The position numbers were made by a program, and so were the translations under genes. This document shows positions 37,862 to 49,172 of a stretch of DNA of 64,000 bases, piece by piece. The notes under the pieces were generated by a model, which was given only the letters and a program-made list of their open reading frames with translations, made no database searches and was not told the DNA's origin. How positions within the stretch are numbered: position 1 is the first letter of the stretch; each line of letters starts with the position of its first letter. The stretch is from the NCBI GenBank assembly GCA_001244265.2, contig CDLV01000017.1:124001-188000 (forward strand), written 5' to 3'. This DNA comes from Microbotryum violaceum. Lineage: Eukaryota.

Positions 37862-38997
37862 ATGATCCACCACTCCATGAGCCACATCAAACTATTCCTC
37901 GATATTCTCCTCTCATTCCCGGCGTCCGGCGCTGGTGCCAGCGCCTCGCGCGCGCGGGAATGTCTCTCTGCAGTCGATTCTTTCAACTTGATACTAGTCT
38001 CACACACTTCGAAGCCTCTTTTCTCAGCGATTGCTACCACTTTCTTTTCGCAATCACGTCCTCAGCGACACAATTCCTAAAAATAATGACATCGGGTCCC
38101 CATTGTAAAGCGTTTTCGTGGTCCTCTCCGAACCCGAATGCTCGACGTCGTGCTTTGGTAGCTGCGGATACTTGGTACGAGCGGAAGCCCGCAGCCCGGC
38201 CATTTCTTTATTATGCACTTATTCAACTCGATCATAGTGTTTTGCAGCTCGTAATAGGACTTTGCTTATCGGGTGGCCTTGGCGGCTATTTGCCGGCCGC
38301 TCAGTAAACCCTTTCGCCGATCGCCGAGAGCCGATCGATCGGTTTTCACCAAGCCTGTCTGTAGATAGGAAGGTACTTTTTAACCTGCGCTCAAGAAGAG
38401 GTAAACCTAAGAGGTGAGAGAGTGGGCCAGCTGTGAACTATTTAGTCGTTCGGCACAGGACTACCTCGCACTGTAGACCATACTGCAGCGCAGTGCAGTT
38501 GTCAGAGATGCAGAGCTTCACTTACTACTTCAGCCGGTGGGTCACCTATTTCTCCCGAGGTTAATCTTTCGATTTTGACTGGTCTTTCTACAAAATACCT
38601 ACCTACATGACGCCGCAAACTGACGTAGTGCACACTACACGCTGTGCCTCGAACTATACGAAGCGACTCGGAGGAGCGCGCGTCAGGACGATCGCTGCGA
38701 TCGCGGCTCCCTCGGGTGCCCAAAGGTGCCCACAGCATGCACAACAGCCCATATCTCGGAGTTCGCGCTCTCCCTCTCCTGGCCCCGGACGCCACGACTT
38801 CCAGCGACTAATACGTAGACGCACCAACTCCCCTTCCCTCCTAGACAAGACGAGTTGGCTTCTGCTTTTCGACGACATAGTTGAACACGGGCTTGCCAGA
38901 CACAGAGTGCTAGCGACAGCTTGACTTCGACACGACCGAGGGCGCGATCGCCGAGCTTTTACTCCCCCGCGCCGATTATCGCAACCCTCGGTCAACA

Positions 38998-41365
38998 ATG
39001 GCACCCTTGCGCACCTTGTTCCGAGACACTTGCGCTGGACAAATCATATACTACCTATCAGGCCACAGGTTTCTGCGACACCCCGAGGATGAGCCTGATT
39101 TCAAGGTGCCCGAGAAATTTCTACCAGACAAAAACCAACAACGAGGATCGGACATGGTGAAGCGCGACCAGCGGTCCGCCTCCGATCGTAGTCAGCACCC
39201 GTCGACCGCCCACTCCGACAGCGAGGAAACGATCATCGAAGACAGAGACTCGTCGCGCAACCAAGTTGATGGAAGCGAGGAGGAAGGTCAAGATCCCAAT
39301 CTAGTCGACTGGTAGGCTGACCGCTGCAGGAAGTAAACGCCTAGTGATGTTGACCTTGCTTTTTCAAATCCGTACGATCAACGACCTCGATCTGCAGGTA
39401 CTCTGAAGACGATGCCGAAAATCCTCTCAATTGGTCTGTACCTCGCAAGACCTTTGTGACCTTCTGTATCTGTCTCATCACAACCAGCGTCTAGTGAGTA
39501 CCTTGTTTGATCTTCGTTGGCTTCGTGGGTGAGTTATCGAGGCGCCGGTGTTCGTCTAATGTATTCGGTTGGCACCTTCCAGCTCGGGATCGAGTATTTT
39601 TACTCCCGGAGTGCAAGAAGCGATGCAGACCTGGAGAGTGGGACAGGTTCCTGCTACCTTCGGTCTGTCCTTGTTCGTCATCGGTTACGCGGTACGTTTG
39701 CGGACAAGTGGTGTCGCTAGCATGGATGCACACGCACAGCTGGCAGGCCTCCTGCTCTCGGGAGACTGACTCGACTCTGTGTCGTTTATGATGGCACAGC
39801 TTGGTCCCATGTTCCTGAGTCCTATGACTGAGATCCCCGCGATCGGGCGCACGTTCCCATATATCATCGCCCTTACGATGTTCGTCCTTCTTCAAGTGCC
39901 AAGCGCTCTCACCAATTCTTTTTCCGGCTTCTTGGTGCTGCGCTTCCTCGCGGGATTCTTCGGATCGCCCCCACTCGCTACCGGCGGCGCGAGCATCTCC
40001 GACATGTTCGCTCCGGACACCCGAACGTTCGCGATGGGTGTCTACGGTCTCTCCGCCGCCGGTGGCCCAGCTCTCGGACCTGTCATTTCGGGTTTTGCGA
40101 TCGCCGCTCGGGGCTGGCATTGGTCGATGTGGATTTTGCTGTGGCTCTCAGGATTCGCACTCGTCTTCTTGACTTTCACCTTGACTGAGACTTCTGCGAC
40201 CAACATCCTCGTTCGCCGGGCGCGCCGACTCCGCAAACTTATTGGGAAGAAAGAACTCAAAAGTCAAGGCGAGATCGAGCAAGCCAATATGAAACCCATG
40301 GATATTGTGCAAATGACCATCATCCGGCCCTGGAAAATGACTTTGACGGAGCCAATCGTCATTGCGCTGAACGCTTATATTGCATTTGTGTAAGCTCCTT
40401 TTTTTCCCTTTTTCGTTTGCCTCACTATCTGCTTGCACCGGCGTGAACGTGGTCGAAGACTGATAGTATAGTAAACCACGCTCGTGCTTTACATTTCACG
40501 TATCACAGGTACGCTGTCCTGTACTGCTGGTTTGAGTCGTTTCCCATTGTGTTCCTTGAGGGATACGGTAAGCGTGGTCTCAGACACCTTTCGGCGCGGT
40601 CTGCAGCATGAACTACTGTGGCTGATCCCGTTCGCGAATTGGCCTATGCAGGCTGGGGTCTTGGAGTCGCCCAGTTGCCATTTCTCTCGCTGCTCGTGGG
40701 CTCCATCCTCGGTTTCGCGGGCATCGCGTTCTGGAATCAAAACTACTACAGGCCACTGTATAGCAAACTTTATGGGAAAGTACCTCCTGAGGAACGACTG
40801 GTTAGTCATCCGCCTATTGGGCCGGGCGGCGAAACCAAGTGGCTTGTAAAGTCCGAACATGCTAACGATGTCGTTCGTCGGGTTCCCTGCAGTATCCCGC
40901 TTTCGTTGGATCGTTCTGTTACCCGATCTGCCTTTTCTGGTTCGGATGGTCAGCCAACAGGACTTCATGGGTGGCACCCGTCATCGGCGCCGCCTTCTTC
41001 GGTATTGGGACGACTTGCATGTTCATGAGCGCGCTGAACTATCTCTCAGACGCCTACCCGCGTCACGTCGCCTCGGCATTGGCCTCCAACGATATCGTTC
41101 GATCGTTGTTGGGCGCTGCGGCACCCCTCTTCGCTGGAATCATGTTCCGCAACATTGGGATTGACTGGGTGCGTAGTGTCCAGGAAACGTACTTATTTGC
41201 TAATCGTCGCGCTGGCATCTGACCATCACGCGCGCGCTTCCCACCTTCCGTCTCTCCTAGGGGTGCTCATTGCTCGGATTCGTCTCGCTTCTGATGATTC
41301 CCATCCCTTTCGTTCTGTACAAGTTCGGCCCCCAGCTCCGTAAACGCTCCAAAATGGCGGACTGA
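38998..41365 (+). CDS. MFS multidrug efflux transporter, DHA1 family (Flr1/Caf5-like)
   Basis: [105 protein letters not shown]. Confidence 0.93.
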
Positions 41366-41604
41366 ATGAGACCGTGATCTCGCGCACCAGCCGTATCGAA
41401 GGGTGTGCTTTGTGAGGATCTATTTAAGAACCTTGCCTGTAAATCTTCCCAGTGACGCCACACAGAGTTACCGGAGTTGCCGCAGAAGTTTGACACAGAG
41501 TCCAATTGGGACTTAGAGTCGACGCATTGCAATAGCCTGGCAGCAGTGCAAAGGTCTAAGGGGTAGTGTTGAAGGTGTTAGTAGACCTTGCACCAATATC
41601 AAGA

Positions 41605-41677
41605 GGCCGGATAGCTTAGTTGGTTAAGACTTTTCCAATGGATGGAAGCGACCCAGGTTCGACTCCTGGTCCAGCGG
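41605..41677 (+). ncRNA. tRNA-like element (tRNA pseudogene or SINE head; non-canonical anticodon arm)
   Basis: A-box TAGCTTAGTTGG, perfect T-arm CCAGG-TTCGACT-CCTGG (B-box), acceptor stem GGCCGGA/TCCAGCG with mismatches, anticodon loop AATGGAT lacks U33; T-rich tract downstream. Confidence 0.6.
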
Positions 41678-42415
41678 TTCTTCTTATTTTGTTGATCATT
41701 TCGGGATCATCGTTGATTCCAACACGCTTCACTGACTTTTGGCGGCTCGCAGTAAGAACTTGTTCTGTCTGTCGAACCCTCAGAGTATGAATTTACGAAT
41801 CGTTCCGTGATGTCCTATACTTATCCACCCGCCCGAAGGTATGGACTCACCGGAGAAGGGACCATAATGCAATTAGAGCCGCCGTTCATGGCGTTTCACA
41901 TGTATGTCAGTGACGAGCTGCCAATTCGCCGTCACGCTGGCGTCGACAATATCCTCCAGCTCTGCTGCTTCGAGTAAGCTCCGCACCTTGCCCACAGCCT
42001 CGGCACATATATATGCATCACCAGTCAGGGTTCCCCATTAGATAGAATAATCTCGCAGATATTAGATAGCTATCTAAGAAACTTGACGCACCGCGGGGCA
42101 GCGACGAGTCCCTGAACCTCCAGTGTCCTCTATAAAGTCACACTCACACAACTATGGCCCGAGGATAGGCACTACCTCCTACTTAGCCGCAGGCGAATAA
42201 CCACCGCAAGACAAGGCAAGACAAGGCTAGAGACTCTAACGACAAATTAAATCCACATCTAATTCAATTTCGACTGCATTTCATTTGGAAATTTTCTTCT
42301 CTGTCTATCCTCATTCAGACATATCTATTTTCGTTTCCGCTGTCTAAACAAGGTCCAGGAACACTTTCATTCCTCACCATTCGCTTGAGACCAATCAAGC
42401 ATGATCGAAGTGCGC

Positions 42416-42489
42416 GAAGTTAGCAGAGGCGCGGGGGAAGTTAGCAGAAAGGTGGGGGAAGTTGGCATTGGCCCACGGGAAGTTAGCAG
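42416..42489. repeat. Four GAAGTT(A/G)GCA cores at exact 21-bp period
   Basis: Cores start at 42416, 42437, 42458 and 42479 with variable G-rich spacers. Confidence 0.85.
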
Positions 42490-42889
42490 AAGTCACGTGT
42501 CGCCCGCGGCGCGACAATCGCATCGAGCTATTTCTCAGCCCCCTACCTGTCTTGATCTATGCCCAACGTCCGCAGTTCTTCGGCCTTCGAGCCAACACAA
42601 CGTATTTTGCCACGTCACCGCAAAACTCGCCATCAATTCTTGAATCCATCCGATGCCGTTCAGCAACGCCGATCGAAACGATTTGGCGTGAAAATCACGC
42701 GTGGGCGAGACACTGAACTAGCACACTTTACACTTTACGTCGACAAAGACACGGAGTTGGGCTGTAATCCAATGCTCATCAACCTACATGAGCCATCGAT
42801 CGAGCAAGACCGCCCTTAATCTAGCATCACGAGCGCACCGACGTCAGGCTCCCGAGGTCCGCCGTCCACCGCTTTCCATCGTCGTCAAC

Positions 42890-44010
42890 CGCCTACAACG
42901 TCCCAAAACATTCTTGAAGATGATCAGACCGATAAAGAATCAAGTAGCAAAGCTTGGAATACCCGCTGAGCAATACCTTCAGATAAGGCAAGTTCAGGAT
43001 TCGCCGATAAGGATCAGGTCGGAGCGAAACGTTGGTCGACCATGATCATTGGACTACGCAAGAAGTGCAGGTCACTGGTAACAGCTCGAATACTAAGGAT
43101 CGTCTCGGTAATATCCGTTGCTAAGCTTACATCCATCGTCACAACATCTGCCATGAAGTAGAGCCGTTCGAGAAGAGGTACCGTGAGTCGTCGCCCGACC
43201 ATTAGCCCGTTCCCCCTACCGCTCCATCTCGTGTACTGAAGTCGGCGTTTCTGTGTTCCCCGTTCCCCCTACCGCTCCATCTCGTGTACTGAAGTCGGCG
43301 TTTCTGTGTTCCCCGTTCCCAGAGGAGTGAATAGAAAGAAATCCGTTCATGTTCCGATACCCAGTCCGACTCGTTCAACGCATCTATGGTCACTTTGAGC
43401 CACCCTTCGCTTCGACTTTACCTCTACCGAGCCCACCCGGTCCGTATCATCGAAGATCCGAACGGACGCCGTCTCTCAAGCGAGCAGAGCAACGGACAAA
43501 GTCACTTACTACTAAAAAGAATCGAACACACTTTACAAGCATCAGACGGCAAGAGTGTCGGGTCTTGTGCTCCCTCGGTGATTGAGGAGTTGGAACTGCG
43601 GCGGGACGAAATCGTGACCCGATGCAACCACTAAGATCGGAACACAAGGAGGATGCAGATTGGCTCCACGACCTGCCATCCAGCCTGCCATCACTGCGCT
43701 ACCAACAGCCTTTGTATGAAGCTCGCAAGAAGAAGGACTGGCGTGAGTTCATGCTCGGCGGACCATATGACAAGATCTTCTGACCTCGGCTTGATCCTTA
43801 TCGGCATCGGTATCGATCGGCACCCTTCCCTGCGCTTCTCACATGGGCATCCTCGGTATCTTGATATTTCATCGACCTTCAATTTACGAATTATTCCACC
43901 ATTCAGGATGTGCTCCAACGGATACCAGCGCAACAAAACGGTCCTCAAGACCGGTGATTCGAGACTCGTTGGTAGCTCAGATTGGCCTCGCCGAACCCGC
44001 GATCTCAATC
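42890..44010 (-). pseudogene. Degraded gene of unknown (possibly LRR/F-box-like) type
   Basis: Collinear ORF fragments 43691-44008, 43202-43393 and 43014-43202, plus Leu-periodic RRILNLPYLKVLLSGYSKLCYLIL; broken by a 53-bp duplication. Confidence 0.4.
43206..43320. repeat. 53-bp perfect tandem duplication
   Basis: cccgttccccctaccgctccatctcgtgtactgaagtcggcgtttctgtgttc twice (43206, 43259) plus a partial third start. Confidence 0.95.
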
Positions 44011-44359
44011 TACCGGTGCCTTAGTCTAAGCGTTGGAACTCCAACACGGTGAGATGTTCACACAGTTTTTGTGGAAGCCATTTCTGGTAAAGCAAAGGAC
44101 ATTGTAATTCACGTGTTCAAAGCTTGTTTGTTTCATTGCTCTTTACACTGCTGTTCGAGCTTTGAAAAGGCTTTGAAGCGAGGCGGCTGCGAGCGGGACT
44201 ATAAGCGTGTTTCTCAAGCTTAGGCATACCATCTTTGCGTGTACCTGGTGTTGGTGTAAAAATACCGAAGTTAACGAGAGAGTACTATGCCCATGTACAT
44301 CATGTGTTCGACTTTCCTTCTTCCCCCTTCTTCCCTTCTTTTCTTTATTTCCTTTTTTT

Positions 44360-44361
<2 letters not shown>

Positions 44362-44411
<50 letters not shown>
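44362..44411. repeat. Poly(T) tract, 50 nt, in a longer pyrimidine run
   Basis: Uninterrupted T run seen directly. Confidence 0.95.
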
Positions 44412-44520
44412 CGCTTCGCCGGCAACTCCCTGGACATGGGTGGCGGCCCACGATTTTCCGGTCCCCAGAATGTCCAAATTTGCGGGCCGCCTCTGGCTAG
44501 GCTTTCGGGGGTCCTGCGCA

Positions 44521-44641
44521 GGGCAGCCCAAGTGATCGACGCGCTTTTCAAACTGGGGAAGCCGATCTAAGCCGACGACGCCACTGGGAATTGAATTTGG
44601 CAGGGGCGTATGACGCGTGTGGCTTCGGCAGAAATCTCCGC
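44521..44641 (+). repeat. Direct repeat, right copy (partner 33881-34010)
   Basis: gggcagcccaagtgatcgacgcgcttttcaaactggggaagccgatctaagccgacgacgccact is identical in both copies. Confidence 0.95.
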
Positions 44642-44786
44642 CTGACGCGCGATGACGAGTGCAGCAATTTTCCACCAACTAGACCTTCTTCCTCGCGTTC
44701 GGCTTCCGAAGTCGACCACTGCACAGCCCACGTATACATCTTTTCTTTCGTTCCTACACCTCCCTAGGACAGACAGCTCGTTAACA

Positions 44787-46067
44787 ATGTCTTTCGCAGA
44801 TAACGTTCGATCGCACGAATCCAACATCACCGGAAGCCGCCCTAGTAGCACTCCCGCTTCTCCCTCGGCCGGCCCTTCATCGGCGAAGCGAGCCAAAGTG
44901 ACGGTCGATCAAGCCAGCGAAACGCCCAAATGGATCGAGCGAATTCACCAAGTCCTTAATCATGAGAAGAACAAGGATTTCCTTGATGCCCGTGCGTTCC
45001 GTTTCTTGCTCAAATGCCGTGCTGCCGAGCTCCTCTCTCGGAGATCGGCACGAGAGAGGAGCTCGGCGTTGCCACAATCGGCGGCGGTCAGCGATCGACA
45101 CTTGTCGGAAACTAATCGGCGAATTGGACTCCGGACGTGCGCAGAGAATATCGTCGTCTCGACCGTCAAAGATGGACAACCTTACGCTCGTTATCAGTAG
45201 GTGCAAACAAGAAACGACATATACTTTTTGGAATGAGCAATCTGATGCTTGCGATTCGGCTCGTAGTGTCTTCCGAGGCTTCGTGCCCTCCCCCGGATCC
45301 AAGCAAGACTCCGAGCTCCTCTTGACCACGACCGACGCAACCATGCCCAAAGGTATGTGTGACGCAATGTATCATCATGGCTCAATACCCGCTAATAACT
45401 CCACCCACCCCGCTGATCTCGATCCCCCACCACAGTCGATCAAATTGAATCTTCCTCTAATTCGACCGGCGGCGCCCCCTCCGAAATCATCTTCTGGACC
45501 TCCCCAACAGGCGACCAAATTCGTCTCCGAGGTTTGATCTACCTATACCTTCCTCCCTCGACTCGAAACTCTTCCGATTCGCGCCAACCGATCCAGGATC
45601 GCTTCCCCGATTTCGATTTCGAGGCCTTACGTCAGGAACAGTGGAAGAGTCTTTCGGGCCATTTGAGAGCTTCGTTCTTGAGGCCTAAGCCGGGGAGTGA
45701 GTGGCCCAAGGATAAGAAGTATGAGTTTCAGGAGAGGTTGGGTCTCGGGGAAGAGGGGGAGGATGAAGCGATGAAAAGGTTGTGAGTTGGGATTGGGCGT
45801 TGGGGCCAATTCAGTTGACCGAACTGTGGCTGACCTTTCTACGTTTCGGTCTCTGCAGTTCGTTGGTCGTGTTTGAGCCTGCAGTCGTCGATCACGCAAA
45901 GGAGAACGTAAGCCAAGCAATACTAGGGTACTTTGAGGCCAATAACGCCGGTTTGACTAAGCCGATCAACCGAACTTCGTTCTCGCTTACAGAGCCAACC
46001 GCCCGTGCGTTACGTCTGGACCAAGCAAGCCGATGGATCGTGGGAGGAGACCCAAGTTGCTCCTTAA
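44787..46067 (+). CDS. Pyridoxamine 5'-phosphate oxidase-related FMN-binding protein
   Basis: PKWIERI, STVKDGQPYAR, VFRGF, LLTTTDATMPK, EIIFW..GDQIRLRG, WKSLSGHLRASFLRPKPG, final exon RYVWTKQADGSWEETQVAP*. Confidence 0.82.
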
Positions 46068-46737
46068 TCTTACGAATCATCTCGCGTGCACTTGCTTTGG
46101 CCAATGTTGCATGCCAGAGGTTCCGATCGTCGGGGCGGACAGCAGCGAAAGGCCCACACAGGGGCTAGCTCCGAAGAACGTAATTTGCACTGGATGATGG
46201 TCATCATCATTTCCTTCGTAGCACCGTAGAGTATGGAAAAAATTACGAATGAATTCACTCTGTTTCCGAGAAAAGACGATTTCTTACATGTTTGAAACAC
46301 CAGCACCGATCGATGAGCGAAGAACCACCGATGGTGGGTGCCAGCGTGGAGCCGAGAGGCGAACCGACGAATAAGTGTTTCCTGATTGTTCGGTCAGAAA
46401 CGCAACCCAAGCCAACTCGATCTCATTGTTTCTTTGATCAGAATCTGCTCATCCCAGACTTGACTGTGCGTCATTTTGAATGACTCGACTTAAATTTATT
46501 GGTTATAGGCTCCGCGATCTCGGGGTCCTCGAGGCTACGATCTGGCTCGCGAGGATCTCAAGAGATGTGCGCGCGCGGTGACGTATTGAGAGCGACGAAG
46601 AGTTTCGCGCGCGTCGGACTCCGAAGCTTTAGGCATCGGAACAATTTCGATCTCGTACGACTTTCGATCCCACTGCTACACACGTCCTCATTGTTCCATA
46701 TCCCTCACTTCACCGTAGACTATCTTCTCGATCGACC

Positions 46738-49041
46738 ATGGCCCCTAGAAGAATCGCCATCATCGGTGCCGGGTCGGCGGGTATGTCAGCGGCCTATGCG
46801 CTCTCCCTCACCTCGAGCAAGTCCAAAGACAAGTCCGGCGAAGGCTTCGAAGTCGTCCTCTTTGAACGCTCGAGTGCTTGCGGTGGTATGGCGACGAGTA
46901 GCGACATCGACGAAACCAAGTATGGTGCTTCGTATATCAATGATGGTGTACAAGGTCAGTAGAGCTTGTGAGGCTGTGTGAGATTGTCGATCGGCGATTT
47001 GCTGAACCGAGCTCTTTCCTCCGGCTATCGGACATGAATAAATAACGACAGGCGCATCTCCGGTATTTTACAACACGTTCAAAGTTTTTGAAGAACTTGG
47101 ATTTGGAAGTTCCGAGGTGGGGATGCAGTGTTCGTTCGGCAAAGGCGACGACGAGTTTTGGAGCAACGTTTTCCCTTCCTCGGTCATTGACAAGTCAGTC
47201 CATCGTCCCGATTTCTCGAAAGGAGGATGCCGAGGGTGGTAACTGACATCATTTCTGACCCTTTATTTCACCTGGATTTGAAGATTCCAATCCGACATCA
47301 AACGCTTCGGCAAAGTCCTCACGATCATCAAAACCTTCGAGCCCGTATTCGCTCTCATCTCCGTCGAGCGCATGCTCAAACTCTTCCGCTTCTCCCCCGA
47401 CTTTGGCGAAGTAATCGTCTACCCTCTCGTCGCCCTTTTCTTCGGTACGGGGAACCAAACCCCTTTTATTTCCTCCGCGATTCTCGAACGGGTCTTCAAG
47501 GATCCTTCGATGAGGTTATTCGAGTACTCGTCGACATCGTTCTTGGCGTCAATTCCGGAGATGAGGGCCTTCCCGAGATTGTCGTTGTTGTACGAGACTT
47601 GGCAGAAGGTTATTGAAGATAATGGGAACGTTGAGTTCAAGCTATCACATGAGGTGACGGGGATGAAGAGGTCGTCCAAGGGAGTGGAGATTAATTATCG
47701 TCAGACTCAAGGGACGGATAATGGACAACAAGTCGTCGAACCCGGACTGGAGCAAGAGGACAAGTTTGACGATGTCATTATTTGTACGGATGCGGATGCA
47801 ACGTTGAAGATTTTGGGTCAAGGCGCGAGCTGGATGGAGAGGAAAGTGCTTGGGAATGTCAAGGTGGGGCTCGGATCCGGTCACCAATTGAGGACTGGTG
47901 AAAAAGTCTTGTTAGGGTAGGCTGATTTCGATTGGGACTCCGCTGGACCTCTACAGTACCTCTGGGACATTACGATCACGCATTCCGATCTCGATTATAT
48001 GCAAAAGGTAAGGCGATGAGTATCTCGCTGTCGAAGTCCGCACCTGATCCCCTTCTATTCACCACTTGTAGCATTACAACGTCACCTATTCCGACGACCT
48101 CGCCTCGACCTCGCGAGACGATGACAAGGAAGCACAAGAACAATTCAAGTTCGCCAAAGATCATTTCCGACCATTGTACTACATTCGGAGCTACCCGAGC
48201 GACAAGAAGAAGATTGAGATGTCGTTCGATTTGTAAGTCTCCCAGCTTGTGCGGCCAAGTCGTGCTTGACAGGGGGCGATCGCGGGACTGACCTCTTTGA
48301 CGTCTGTTCTATATCTGTCAAATAGGACGCACTACCAACCGCAATTCAAAGGCGAATCCCCCTACGGTCCCGATCACACCGGTATACCACCTCGTCATCC
48401 CACCGCTCAACTCCCCTCCAAACCCTCCCTCGACGAATCCGCCGCCTCCTCCATCCGTCAGGAAGGTCAAGACGATCAAGGCAAGCCCGAACCTCCCTTG
48501 AAGAAACATGTGTTCCAGACCATTTTTTTGGATAAGGATAGGAGTCGAGACCTCTGGAGTATCGGGGAGATCAAAGAGGAGGATATTGTGATGAAGAAAT
48601 GGTGGAAGCAGCAGAGTCATAGGTGGCAGCATTGTACGGTTTCGCTTCTGGACTCAGGAGTCCTCCTCTCAAGCGACGCACTAATCCGTCCCCCGTTCTC
48701 GATGCCCTGTATAGACGGCGGTACGGTTCCCTGGATGATGTTCCTCAACGGCAAGCACCACACCTATTTTGCCGGCGCGTGGACGATCCTCAACATGCAC
48801 GAAATCGGGATCGTTTCTGGGTTCGCAGCGGCGTATAGGTTGGGAGCACCTTATCCTTTCGTTGAGGATGGTGATGCGAAGAGGTTGTTTGCATTGTATT
48901 TGGGAGCGAGTCACGGGTGTCGTATGGTGAGTTGAGATATCGAAAGCATATCTTCCTAGTGACTACGGGCATAAGACTGACTCGACGGCTCTGTACCCGT
49001 TGTCACAGAGGAAAGAAGATCGTCAGGGCTTCTTTATGTGA
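46738..49041 (+). CDS. FAD-dependent amine-oxidase-like oxidoreductase
   Basis: RIAIIGAGSAGMSAA, ERSSACGGMATS, INDGVQGASPVFYN, VALFFGTGNQTP, KIEMSFD, FQTIFL, FAGAWTILNMHEIGIVSGFAAAYRLGAPYPF. Confidence 0.88.
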
Positions 49042-49172
49042 ATGGTCTCAAGCTTGAGCCTCGTTTTCCCTCGTTGTAAATGACATTCTCCAACAATATG
49101 TACGACAAGACATGCATTACCATCACAAATTAAACAACAAGTGAAACGAAAGTGAAAACATACGCAAAGAGC

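Noticed and set aside
41605-41677. Functional tRNA-Pro(TGG)
   Set aside because: Anticodon loop lacks the conserved Y32-U33 and the acceptor and D stems are mismatched; kept only as tRNA-like
42416-42489. CRISPR-like repeat/spacer pattern
   Set aside because: 10-bp cores and 11-bp spacers are far too short; eukaryotic context; no cas genes
44143-44678. Poly-Lys and poly-Phe ORFs in the track
   Set aside because: Artefacts of translating the poly(T) tract
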